A DNA stretch of 64,000 nucleotides from an uncultured delta proteobacterium (GTDB taxonomy: Bacteria; Desulfobacterota; Desulfobacteria; Desulfobacterales; SG8-13), in the NCBI GenBank assembly GCA_963848135.1, contig CAWKCK010000004.1, positions 1 through 64,000 of the forward strand, written 5' to 3'. The notes beneath the pieces are model-generated. The model saw only the letters and a program-made list of their open reading frames with translations, ran no database searches and was not told the origin of the DNA. The position numbers and the translations under genes were made by a program. Below, piece by piece: positions 30,007 to 39,326 of this stretch. Within the stretch, counting starts at the first letter, position 1; every line of letters starts with the position of its first letter.

Positions 30007-31560
30007 TTAGGCATTCGGATCGAGTTCCAAACCCAGAACGCCGCAATGCATGGCCTCCTGAAGTTCGGCCTGGATGAGCGGCGTGCCCCACATCAAGGGT
30101 TTTTGCCCCCGCCAGCGGGCCTCTATGAAGTTTTTGAGTTCATCGATTCCCTGCCTATCCTGGAATACGCCTTGATCGTAAAGATACGCCATCACGCGTG
30201 TGCTGCAGAACGCTCCCTGGCAAGGCCCCTTCCCCAGGCGGCTGCGCAATCCGATCGCTTTGAGGGAAGGGTGACCATGTTGTTCGCGGATTGATTCTAT
30301 GATGCTGTCGAACGCACTTTTGGGTATCATTTCGCATTCACACAGAATGATGTCTTCGGGGTTACGGTTTTTGAACCAGATGCGTGGTGACAGGCCGGGC
30401 GCGGTCCACTTTCCTGCTGTCGATTCCGGAAGAGGAACTGTTTTCGTGAGGCACGGAAGGGAAACACCGAGGCGATCACTGATGAGATCGGCTGTTTTTT
30501 CTGCCATTAATCGAAACGTGGTGAGTTTGCCCCCCGCGATCGTAATAAAATTTTCAACGCCGTCTGCAGTGTGATCAAGGAGAGCATAACCACGGCTAAC
30601 ACTGCGGTCATCTTCCGATGTTTGAACATTGACCAGCGGTCTTATGCCTGCATACGCCCTTATATAGCGGGTCTTGTCCAGGACTGGTATCATCGACGCG
30701 CCCTCAGAAATGATGTGATCGACTTCTTCGATGGTGGGTCGGAAATGATCGGGTGAATTAATGCGGACAGAGGTCGTGCCAAGGACCGAAACGGTTCCTC
30801 CGGGAACCAATATATCACCGTCGGCTGGCTGGCGCAGACGGTTGATAACCCGCGCGGCGAGTCGGCTCTGGGTGACAAGTAAACTACCCTTGGAATAAAT
30901 CATTTCCAGACGGATGCCGGCCAGATCGGCAACTTTACCGGCCCAGGCCCCGGATGTATTTACAACCTGTTTAGCCGTAATTGTAAATTCGCGGCCAGAT
31001 AGGGTATCCACCAAATGAGCGATCCTGACCTTTCGACGCCGGATATCAAAATTGACAGCCAAGGAGTGGGGTAGGAATGTGCTGCCGTGATGCTGTGCAT
31101 CGGTGATGTTTTCGATAGAAAGTTTGAAGGGGTCGATGGCGGCATCGGCAACCCTATAGGCGGCGATTATTTTTGGGGATAATTCCGGTTCCAGATCCAA
31201 CGCTTCTCGGACGTCGACGGATTCAGTTTGGATGCCGCAACTGGCGCACCTATCCGGAAATTCCGCCATGTACTTCTCATCATCACCTTTTACCGCAACA
31301 AACAGACCGCCGCATTCTTCGATGCAGCGTGGGGCCAGATGTTTAAGAAGTTCACCTTCCTTGCGGCATTCCTTGGCTGCCTGAGGGTCCGATACTACAT
31401 ATCGGGCGCCGCTGTGCAGGAGTCCGTGGTTTCCCCCGGAAGCACCGGCGTTAAAATCTCTTCTATCTACCAGTATACATTGAATGCCCCGCAGTGATAG
31501 GTCGCGAGCCAGACCTGTGCCGGTGACACCAGCGCCGATGATGAGCACCTCGGTTTTCAA
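30007..31560 (-). CDS. glpA: Anaerobic glycerol-3-phosphate dehydrogenase subunit A
   Basis: IIGAGVTG, NHGLLHSGARY, GGKLTTFRLMAE, C-terminal CECE...GPCQGAFC; TTG start. Confidence 0.92.
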   Translation of the reverse strand: MKTEVLIIGAGVTGTGLARDLSLRGIQCILVDRRDFNAGASGGNHGLLHSGARYVVSDPQAAKECRKEGELLKHLAPRCIEECGGLFVAVKGDDEKYMAEFPDRCASCGIQTESVDVREALDLEPELSPKIIAAYRVADAAIDPFKLSIENITDAQHHGSTFLPHSLAVNFDIRRRKVRIAHLVDTLSGREFTITAKQVVNTSGAWAGKVADLAGIRLEMIYSKGSLLVTQSRLAARVINRLRQPADGDILVPGGTVSVLGTTSVRINSPDHFRPTIEEVDHIISEGASMIPVLDKTRYIRAYAGIRPLVNVQTSEDDRSVSRGYALLDHTADGVENFITIAGGKLTTFRLMAEKTADLISDRLGVSLPCLTKTVPLPESTAGKWTAPGLSPRIWFKNRNPEDIILCECEMIPKSAFDSIIESIREQHGHPSLKAIGLRSRLGKGPCQGAFCSTRVMAYLYDQGVFQDRQGIDELKNFIEARWRGQKPLMWGTPLIQAELQEAMHCGVLGLELDPNA

Positions 31561-31655
31561 AAGCTATCCCCTTCCTGAAACCTAACGAAAAACACTCATT
31601 TTAGGTTAAAGAAAACGGTAAACATTGGGTGATGCTGGAAATTGCTTTCCTTTTA

Positions 31656-31815
31656 TTTTCACTTGCGAAAACAAATTCGCGGTGCTAATGAAATGGAATA
31701 AAAAAGATAAATTATCTTATATTCTTATTGCTTTTTTCGTAGCATAGCCGCTTAAATCTGTCACGTTATATTTTCACTATTGAATGATAGCTGCAACTAA
31801 TTTCATAAATGAAAA
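31656..31815. promoter_or_regulatory. Three TTTC-N6-GAA boxes, putative GlpR operators between glpA and glpR
   Basis: TTTTCACTTGCGAAAA (31656), TTTTCACTATTGAATG (31771), ATTTCATAAATGAAAA (31800). Confidence 0.6.
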
Positions 31816-31847
31816 TAATTACATATTAATGGCTGACTGGAGGCGGA

Positions 31848-32699
31848 ATGAATTCAGGATATAGCCCTTCCGATACAGCCCGTTCCGGGCCCCACCCAAC
31901 TGGCGACCGGAAATCGAGTGGAACAAACGGAAAGGCCGGACAGGTTCGAGATCGACATGAAAAAATCCACGGACTGATTCAGTCCAAAGGCTATGTCACG
32001 ATCGAATATTTAGCTCAAGTGTTCAACGTGACCCCCCAGACGATCCGTCGTGACATCAACACACTCAGTGAGAAGGGATCGATTAACCGTTATCACGGCG
32101 GGGCCGGGATAGCGTCCAGTACAGAAAACGTCGCTTATACGGAACGAAAAATCTTGTGCCACAAAGAGAAGATGCTTATTGCAACCATGGTGGCCCAAAG
32201 AATACCGAATAATTCATCTCTATTTATCAATATTGGAACCACTACAGAGGAAATTGCCAAAGCACTGTGCAATCACCGACGTCTCAAAATTATAACGAAC
32301 AACCTCAATGTTGCCTCTATACTCAGCGGTAATGATAACTTCGAGGTCATCGTTGCCGGTGGATTGGTGAGACCGCGTGACTGCGGTATTATTGGTCCCC
32401 TGACCATCGATTTCATTCAACAGTTTCGCGTCGACTACGGCATTATCGGCATCAGCGGCATCGATCTGGATGGAACGCTGCTCGATTTCGATTACAGGGA
32501 AGTCCGTGCCTCGCGGGCCATTATCGATAATTCACGCAAAGTCTTCCTGGCTGCCGATCATACCAAGTTCGGCCGCAACGCAATGGTTCGGTTGGGCAGT
32601 ATTGCCGAGATCGATGGCTTGTTTACCGATAAGACGCCGCCGCCTGTCATGTCCGATGTCTTCAAAGCCACTGAAGTTGAGCTTTACGTCGCTTCTTAG
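31848..32699 (+). CDS. glpR: DeoR/GlpR family transcriptional repressor
   Basis: VTPQTIRRDIN HTH, RYHGGA, INIGTTTE, LLDFDYRE, DHTKFGRNA. Confidence 0.9.
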   Translation: MNSGYSPSDTARSGPHPTGDRKSSGTNGKAGQVRDRHEKIHGLIQSKGYVTIEYLAQVFNVTPQTIRRDINTLSEKGSINRYHGGAGIASSTENVAYTERKILCHKEKMLIATMVAQRIPNNSSLFINIGTTTEEIAKALCNHRRLKIITNNLNVASILSGNDNFEVIVAGGLVRPRDCGIIGPLTIDFIQQFRVDYGIIGISGIDLDGTLLDFDYREVRASRAIIDNSRKVFLAADHTKFGRNAMVRLGSIAEIDGLFTDKTPPPVMSDVFKATEVELYVAS

Positions 32700-32825
32700 G
32701 ATTGCTCGAATGCACGGCCTCGAGCTGCGGGCGCCTTGTTCTCGAGGGAACCGATTCGGCCGGTCCCGCTGTAAAGGCGATTGATAACTATATTGTTTTC
32801 TCTGTTAAATAAGAAGTCAAAATCG

Positions 32826-32851
32826 CTATATTTTCACTTGTGAAAATATAG
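32826..32851. promoter_or_regulatory. Perfect palindromic operator upstream of the glycerol ABC operon
   Basis: CTATATTTTCAC-tt-GTGAAAATATAG; same core as the boxes at 31656-31815. Confidence 0.7.
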
Positions 32852-32959
32852 GCGCAATGCTATTGCAGAACCATACTGATGATGAACTGATTGAAACACA
32901 ACCGGGGTATCCTGCCTTCCCGGTAAGGACTCGCTCACGTTGACAAAGGGAAACTGCTT

Positions 32960-34060
32960 ATGAGCTTATCCCTTGAGAGGATCGACAAGGTTGTCGGTCG
33001 CGAAATCCATTTGAAGGACATCAATCTCGAACTTGAGTCTGGGTCTCGCAATGTCATATTGGGCCGGACTCTGGCCGGCAAAACGTCGCTGTTGCGGATC
33101 ATGGCCGGCATCGATCGGCCCAGCCGCGGCAGAATTCTCACCGATGACACGGATGTCACCGGTGTATCGGTGCGCAAACGCAGCATCGCCATGGTCTACC
33201 AGCAGTTTATCAACTATCCCTCCCTCACGGTGTATAAAAACATCGCATCGCCGTTAAAGATTGCCGGCGCCAAAAAAGCGGAAATCGACCGCCGGGTTCG
33301 CGAAACTGCAGAAATGCTCCATATCGAGGATCTGCTGACGCGCCTGCCCGCCGAACTTTCCGGCGGTCAGCAGCAACGTATCGCGATTGCCCGGGCATTG
33401 GTGAAAAACGCCGACCTTCTTTTAATGGATGAACCCCTGGTAAATCTGGATTACAAACTGCGCGAAGAACTGCGGATTGACCTTCAGGAAATTTTTGAAC
33501 GGCGCGAGGCCATCGTTGTATACACAACTACTGAACCGGCCGAGGCGCTCATGCTGGGCGGCAATATTGTGATCATCGATGAGGGACGTATTTTACAAAC
33601 CGGCCTCACATCCGATGTTTATCACAATCCCTCGACCACCAAAGTGGCTGAAGTATTCAGCGATCCACCGATTAACTACCTCGCTGGATCCGTTCAGGGC
33701 GCGAGGGCACGCCTCGCCGGCGGGATCGAGTTTGCTTTGATCGATCATATGCAGGGGCTGCCGCCCGGTCAATACACTTTCGGCGTGCGCTCCAATCACC
33801 TGTATCTCTCCCGGTCGACCGATAATGATACCGAACTGCGCGGCAAGGTGGAGTTGGCCGAAATCAACGGCTCTGAAACCTTTATTCATGTTCAATACGA
33901 CCATAGCCGACTGGTGGTGCAGGAAGACGGGGTACATCACTACCGGATCGGATCGGAAATTTCCATATTTGTCAGCCCGTACCGCTTTTTCATATACGAC
34001 ACCGACAATAGACTGGTGGCATCCCCTTCACGGCAATTTACCCCGAATTTGCGAGCATAA
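32960..34060 (+). CDS. glpS: Glycerol ABC transporter ATP-binding protein (GlpS-like)
   Basis: GRTLAGKT, MVYQQFINYP, LSGGQQQR, DEPLVNLDYKLREE. Confidence 0.85.
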   Translation: MSLSLERIDKVVGREIHLKDINLELESGSRNVILGRTLAGKTSLLRIMAGIDRPSRGRILTDDTDVTGVSVRKRSIAMVYQQFINYPSLTVYKNIASPLKIAGAKKAEIDRRVRETAEMLHIEDLLTRLPAELSGGQQQRIAIARALVKNADLLLMDEPLVNLDYKLREELRIDLQEIFERREAIVVYTTTEPAEALMLGGNIVIIDEGRILQTGLTSDVYHNPSTTKVAEVFSDPPINYLAGSVQGARARLAGGIEFALIDHMQGLPPGQYTFGVRSNHLYLSRSTDNDTELRGKVELAEINGSETFIHVQYDHSRLVVQEDGVHHYRIGSEISIFVSPYRFFIYDTDNRLVASPSRQFTPNLRA

Positions 34061-34069
34061 GAGATTGGC

Positions 34070-35155
34070 ATGGCCCATATACAATTAAATCAAGTCGCTC
34101 ACAGCTATTTAAAAAATCCCCGGGATGAATCGGATTACGCCCTCAAGCGGATTCATGACCAGTGGGAAGACGGCGGCGCCTATGCCCTTCTCGGCCCTTC
34201 CGGTTGTGGCAAAACCACTCTGCTTAACATCATTTCCGGTTTGTTGACGCCCAGTAAAGGAAGGGTGTTTTATGACGGAACGGATGTCACCGGACTGCCG
34301 CCGGAAAAGCGCAATATCGCCCAGGTTTTTCAATTTCCCGTCCTGTATGACACCATGTCGGTATTTAATAACCTGGCGTTTCCTTTACGCAATCGGGGAA
34401 TCGAAGAATCCGAAGTAAAAAAACGTGTCCTGGAAGTTGCCGAGATTCTTGACCTGGCACCGTTTCTCAATAAAAGAGCTGCCGGTCTGGCGGCAGATGC
34501 CAAGCAAAAAATTTCATTGGGAAGGGGGTTGGTTAGAAGCGATGTGGCGGCCATTTTGTTCGACGAGCCGCTGACGGTTATCGATCCCCATTTGAAGTGG
34601 AATCTCCGGCGCAAGCTCAAAGAGGTTCATGAACAACTCAAGTTGACCCTGATTTACGTTACCCACGACCAGGTGGAGGCCCTGACATTCGCCGATCAGG
34701 TCATGGTGATGTACGAAGGAGAGCTTGTCCAGACCGGCACACCCCAGGAACTTTTTGAAAACCCGAAGCATAAATTTGTCGGTTATTTTATCGGCAGTCC
34801 CGGCATGAATTTTTTACCTTGTACGCTGGACGGTAATGCTGCTCAGATCGATGGCGCCATCATCGAGTTGGATGACGAAACGGCCGCACTTGGAAACAAA
34901 ATTAAGGCAAAGATGGAGATCGGCATTCGTCCCATGTTTCTGGAGTGTCACGCAACGTCCATAGAGGGCGGTATAGCGACACGGGTCAGGGCCGTGGAAG
35001 ACCAGGGCAATTTCAAGATCGTTACCGTAACCCTCGCCGGCCACACCTTACGGGCCAAACTGCCCGAGGACCAGGCCGTGCCGGGAAATGAGGCCTGGTT
35101 ACGATTCCCGCCTCAGTGGACCAAACTATTCGCCGATGGGCGCCTGGTGAAATAG
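34070..35155 (+). CDS. Glycerol ABC transporter ATP-binding protein (GlpT-like, ABC type)
   Basis: GPSGCGKTT, ADAKQKISLGRGLVR, DEPLTVIDPHLKW. Confidence 0.85.
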   Translation: MAHIQLNQVAHSYLKNPRDESDYALKRIHDQWEDGGAYALLGPSGCGKTTLLNIISGLLTPSKGRVFYDGTDVTGLPPEKRNIAQVFQFPVLYDTMSVFNNLAFPLRNRGIEESEVKKRVLEVAEILDLAPFLNKRAAGLAADAKQKISLGRGLVRSDVAAILFDEPLTVIDPHLKWNLRRKLKEVHEQLKLTLIYVTHDQVEALTFADQVMVMYEGELVQTGTPQELFENPKHKFVGYFIGSPGMNFLPCTLDGNAAQIDGAIIELDDETAALGNKIKAKMEIGIRPMFLECHATSIEGGIATRVRAVEDQGNFKIVTVTLAGHTLRAKLPEDQAVPGNEAWLRFPPQWTKLFADGRLVK

Positions 35156-35301
35156 GGGTTTACGTCCCGGGTTTGCAGGTTCAGCGCAAGTGTTGAATAA
35201 ATCACGGCACGCCGGAAATGTATCCGGCAATGCTTTCGAAACAGGTGTTAGATCACTACGGCCGACCATGGGAATCTACCGATTGTAGGAGGAGCATCGC
35301 T

Positions 35302-36171
35302 GTGGAAAAGTGGGAAAACAATAAGGCCTGGTTTCTGGTTCTACCGGTTTTTATCATCGTCGCATTCAGTTCCATCCTTCCGATTATGACAGTAGTGAAT
35401 TATTCACTGCAGGACATCTGGGGGCCGGGCCAGAGCGTATTTGTCGGCACCGAGTGGTACGAGGAAATGCTGGCCAACGAACGCCTGTACGACGCCCTGT
35501 GGCGTCAATTTTTGTTCTCCGGACTCGTGCTGTTGATCGAGATGCCGCTGGGCATACTCCTTGCCCTGGCGATGCCCAAGCGCGGTTGGGGTGTCTCTCT
35601 CTGCTTGGTGACCATATCGCTGCCGCTGCTCATTCCCTGGAATACGATCGGGACCATTTGGATTATTTTTACCCGGCCGGATATCGGTCTATTTGGTGCG
35701 GCCGTCAACCAGTTCGTCGAATTCGACCACACCGCCCGCCCGCTCGATGCCTGGATCACTTTGATGTTGATGGAGGTCTGGCATTGGACTCCGCTGGTTA
35801 CCCTGCTGGCCTATGCCGGGCTGCGGGCGATCCCGGAGGCCTATTACCAGGCAGCCAGAATCGACGGCGCGTCGACCTGGTCAACATTCTGGTACATCCA
35901 GCTGCCGAAGATGCGCGGTGTACTCACCATCGCCTTTTTGCTGCGCTTCATGGATAGCTTCCTGATCTACGCCGAGCCCTTCGTGCTGACAGGCGGCGGT
36001 CCCGGTAATTCAACCACATTCCTTTCCATTTATCTGGTCAAGATTGCCCTTTTGCAATTCGATCTGGGTCCGGGCGGTGCCTTCTCGCTCATCTACTTTG
36101 TCATCGTACTGCTGTTCAGCTATATTTTTTACCAGGCACTTCAGAGAGTCGGACGGGGAGAAAAGGTATGA
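35302..36171 (+). CDS. Glycerol ABC transporter permease (GlpP-like)
   Basis: NNKAWFLVLPV, YYQAARIDGAS EAA loop; GTG start after AGGAGG. Confidence 0.85.
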   Translation: MEKWENNKAWFLVLPVFIIVAFSSILPIMTVVNYSLQDIWGPGQSVFVGTEWYEEMLANERLYDALWRQFLFSGLVLLIEMPLGILLALAMPKRGWGVSLCLVTISLPLLIPWNTIGTIWIIFTRPDIGLFGAAVNQFVEFDHTARPLDAWITLMLMEVWHWTPLVTLLAYAGLRAIPEAYYQAARIDGASTWSTFWYIQLPKMRGVLTIAFLLRFMDSFLIYAEPFVLTGGGPGNSTTFLSIYLVKIALLQFDLGPGGAFSLIYFVIVLLFSYIFYQALQRVGRGEKV

Positions 36172-36971
36172 AGGTAAAGAAAAAAACAGTTGGTCTGGCC
36201 ATATACTTCGTTCTGCTGTTGATGCCAATCTACTGGATGCTCAGCATGTCCTTGCGGACCAACGCGGACATACTCGGATACTTCGCCCTGTACCCCAAGG
36301 ACATAACATTCGTAAACTACATAAAAATTTTCACGGATTCATCCTGGTATTCCGGTTATATCAATTCCATGATCTATGTCAGCATGAACACTGTCATCTC
36401 ATTGGTAACGGCTCTGCCGGCGGCTTACGCTTTTTCCCGGTATCGGTTCCTGGGTGACAAGCATTTGTTTTTCTGGTTGCTCACCAACCGGATGGCGCCG
36501 GCGGCTGTTTTTGCGCTGCCCTTTTTCCAGCTGTATTCCTCCGTCGGTCTCATGGATACGCACATAGCGGTAGCGCTGGCCCATTGTCTTTTCAACGTAC
36601 CCCTGGCGGTGTGGATATTGGAAGGCTTTATGTCCGGGATTCCCAAGGAAATCGATGAGACCGCCTTTATCGACGGATACAGCTATCCGCGCTTTTTTAT
36701 AACGATTTTCATTCCGTTGATCAGGGCCGGGGTGGGAGTGACGGCCTTTTTCTGCTTCATGTTCAGCTGGGTCGAACTGCTGATTGCCCGCACCCTGACG
36801 GTAACGAATGCCAAGCCGATTGCGGCCATCATGACGCGAACCATCAGCGCGACCGGTCTCGACTATGGTCTTCTGGCCGCGGCCGGTATGCTGACGATCG
36901 TACCGGGTATGCTGGTGATCTGGTTCGCGCGCAATCACATGGCCAAGGGCTTCGCTCTCGGACGAGTTTAG
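36168..36971 (+). CDS. Glycerol ABC transporter permease (GlpQ-like)
   Basis: FFWLLTNRMAP, IDETAFIDG, C-terminal KGFALGRV. Confidence 0.85.
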   Translation: MKVKKKTVGLAIYFVLLLMPIYWMLSMSLRTNADILGYFALYPKDITFVNYIKIFTDSSWYSGYINSMIYVSMNTVISLVTALPAAYAFSRYRFLGDKHLFFWLLTNRMAPAAVFALPFFQLYSSVGLMDTHIAVALAHCLFNVPLAVWILEGFMSGIPKEIDETAFIDGYSYPRFFITIFIPLIRAGVGVTAFFCFMFSWVELLIARTLTVTNAKPIAAIMTRTISATGLDYGLLAAAGMLTIVPGMLVIWFARNHMAKGFALGRV

Positions 36972-36982
36972 GAGGTATAAGC

Positions 36983-37267
36983 ATGACGCTGACCTTGGAA
37001 TGGATGGAGTGGACGCTTCCGACGGCCATTTTCTTTTCCACCATATTCCTGATCCTGGTTGCCATGACCATATGGCAAGTCGTTGCGCCCTCCATTGAAC
37101 GACGGGGTTTCCTGCCGATTCCCACCACACCGGGCGATCGGCTCTTTATCGGGTTGTTGGGCAGTGCCTACCTCTTTCTCGCATGGCTCGGGTTGACCGA
37201 TTTCAGCCTATGGATAATGCTTGTCATTGCTATCGTCTGGATGATAGTTGTCATGCGTTGGGGTTAA
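36983..37267 (+). CDS. DUF2160 family small membrane protein (GlpU-like)
   Basis: WMEWTLPTAIFF...TTPGDRLFIGLLGSAY. Confidence 0.8.
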   Translation: MTLTLEWMEWTLPTAIFFSTIFLILVAMTIWQVVAPSIERRGFLPIPTTPGDRLFIGLLGSAYLFLAWLGLTDFSLWIMLVIAIVWMIVVMRWG

Positions 37268-37375
37268 GTGTTTTGCATCACATAAGTCAGTCGTAAGTCG
37301 TGCACGGCCTTCACGCTTGCGATATCAACCGGGTTACCGGCAGAATACCACCGAAGGCCCCAAGGAGGAGAGCAT

Positions 37376-39119
37376 ATGAAAAGTTTGATGCCACGCAAGA
37401 GAACCGGTTTGATGCTTATGGGGGGCATTGTTGCGGCCGTGCTCCTGTTCTGCGCTGGTTCCGCAAGTGCGGATATGGCTGCGGCAAAAAAATGGGTCGA
37501 AACGGAATTTCAACCGTCGACGTTGACAAAAGAGCAGCAGATGAAAGAAATGGAGTGGTTCATCAATGCGGCCAAACCCTTCAAGGGCATGAACATCAAA
37601 GTCGTCTCCGAGACCATTCCAACGCACGAATATGAAGCAAAGGTGCTGGCCAAGGCCTTTGAAGAGATCACCGGCATCAAGGTCTCCTTCGATCTGATTC
37701 AGGAAGGAGATGTGATCGAGAAGCTGCAAACACAGTGGGCATCCGGCAAAAACATCTATGACGCCTATATTAACGACTCCGACCTGATCGGTACCCACAT
37801 GCGTTACGGGTTTGTGGTTCCCCTGGACGACTTTATGAAGGGCGAAGGCAAGGACGTGACCCTGCCCACGCTCGATGTGGACGATTTCATGGGTAAATCC
37901 TTCACCACCGGTCCAGACGGCAAGCTCTATCAGCTTCCCGATCAGCAGTTTGCCAACCTTTACTGGTTCCGTTACGATTGGTTCAAACGTCCGGACTTCA
38001 AAAAGAAGTTCAAGGAACTCTACGGCTACGAGCTGGGTGTGCCGGTCAACTGGTCGGCCTACGAGGATATCGCCCAGTTCTTCAGTGAGCATATCCAGGA
38101 AATCGACGGCAAGGCCATTTACGGTCACAACGACTACGGCAAGAAGGCCCCGGACCTGGGCTGGCGTTTTACCGATGCCTGGCTGTCGATGGCCGGTGCC
38201 GGGGACAAGGGAATTCCCAATGGCAAACCGGTTGATGAATGGGGCATCCGCGTCGAGGGCTGCCGCCCGGTAGGGGCCAGTGTGGCCCGCGGCGGCGCCG
38301 CCAACGGACCGGCAGCCAAGTACGCGCTCAGCAAGTACATGGAATGGCTCCGTAAATACGCCCCACCGGGTGCGCTGGGGATGGATTTCTACACCTACCT
38401 GCCAGTGCTGGCCAAGGGTCACGTGGCCCAGCAGATCTTCTGGTACACGGCATTCGTCTCGGCCATGGTCGAGCCGGGTCCGACGGTCAACGCCGATGGC
38501 ACGCCGAAATGGCGCATGGCCCCGTCGCCCCACGGTCCCTACTGGGAAGAGGGGATGAAGCTGGGCTATCAGGATTGCGGTTCCTGGACCCTGATGAAGA
38601 GCACACCGCTGGATCGTCGCAAGGCCGCATGGCTCTTTGCGCAGTTCTGCGTGGCCAAGACCACATCGCTGAAGAAAACCCACGTGGGCCTGACGCCCAT
38701 CCGAGACAGCGATATCAGGACACGCATCATTTACCGAGCGGGCACCGAAGCTCGGCGGGCTGGTCGAATTTTACCGCAGTCCGGCGCGCGTTGCCTGGAC
38801 ACCGACCGGAACCAATGTGCCGGATTATCCGAAGCTGGCCCAACTGTGGTGGCAAAATGTCGGCGAGGCCGTTTCCGGTGAAGTGACTGTCAGCACGGCC
38901 ATGAACAATCTGGCTCGCGAACAAGATCGGGTGCTGCAGCGCATTGAACGCTCGGGTACACAGGGCGATTGCGGTCCAAAGCTAAACCCGGAAAAAGACG
39001 AGTCCTACTGGTTGAACCAACCCGGTTCGCCCAAAGCCAAGGTCAATGAGAAACCGCAAGGTGAGACCATCGATTACGACGAGCTCATCAAGGCCTGGCG
39101 CGAAGGCCGGGTAAAGTGA
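37376..39119 (+). CDS. glpV: Glycerol ABC transporter substrate-binding protein (GlpV-like); +1 frameshift near 38719
   Basis: EFQPSTL, VVSETIPTHEYE, LPDQQFANLYWFRYDWF. Removing one base in atcaggacac restores DIRHASFTERAPKLGGLVEFYRSP and joins ORF 38817-39119. Confidence 0.85.
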
Positions 39120-39245
39120 TCACGTAAACCGGGCAGTTATAATTTTGCCGGCATCGGGCCGCGCTCAGGCTCTAAAAAACGAGCAAGACCCGGAACTCCA
39201 TGCGGTTGCAAAATTATATTCATTTAGCGAATTTTGTATGCATTG

Positions 39246-39273
39246 GGGGGCTAAAGCAGCGACTTTAGCCCCC
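39246..39273. terminator. Hairpin between convergent glpV and the TPR gene
   Basis: GGGGGCTAAAG-cagcga-CTTTAGCCCCC. Confidence 0.7.
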
Positions 39274-39326
39274 TGATTTATTGCCTGAATATAGCATGAA
39301 AATACAACCGATATCGCAGGTATGAT

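Noticed and set aside
37334..38683. Long antisense ORF (449 aa) and similar shadow ORFs over gdh, AOR, AKR and ABC genes
   Set aside because: They fully overlap well-supported genes on the opposite strand and have no motifs; typical of GC-rich codon bias.
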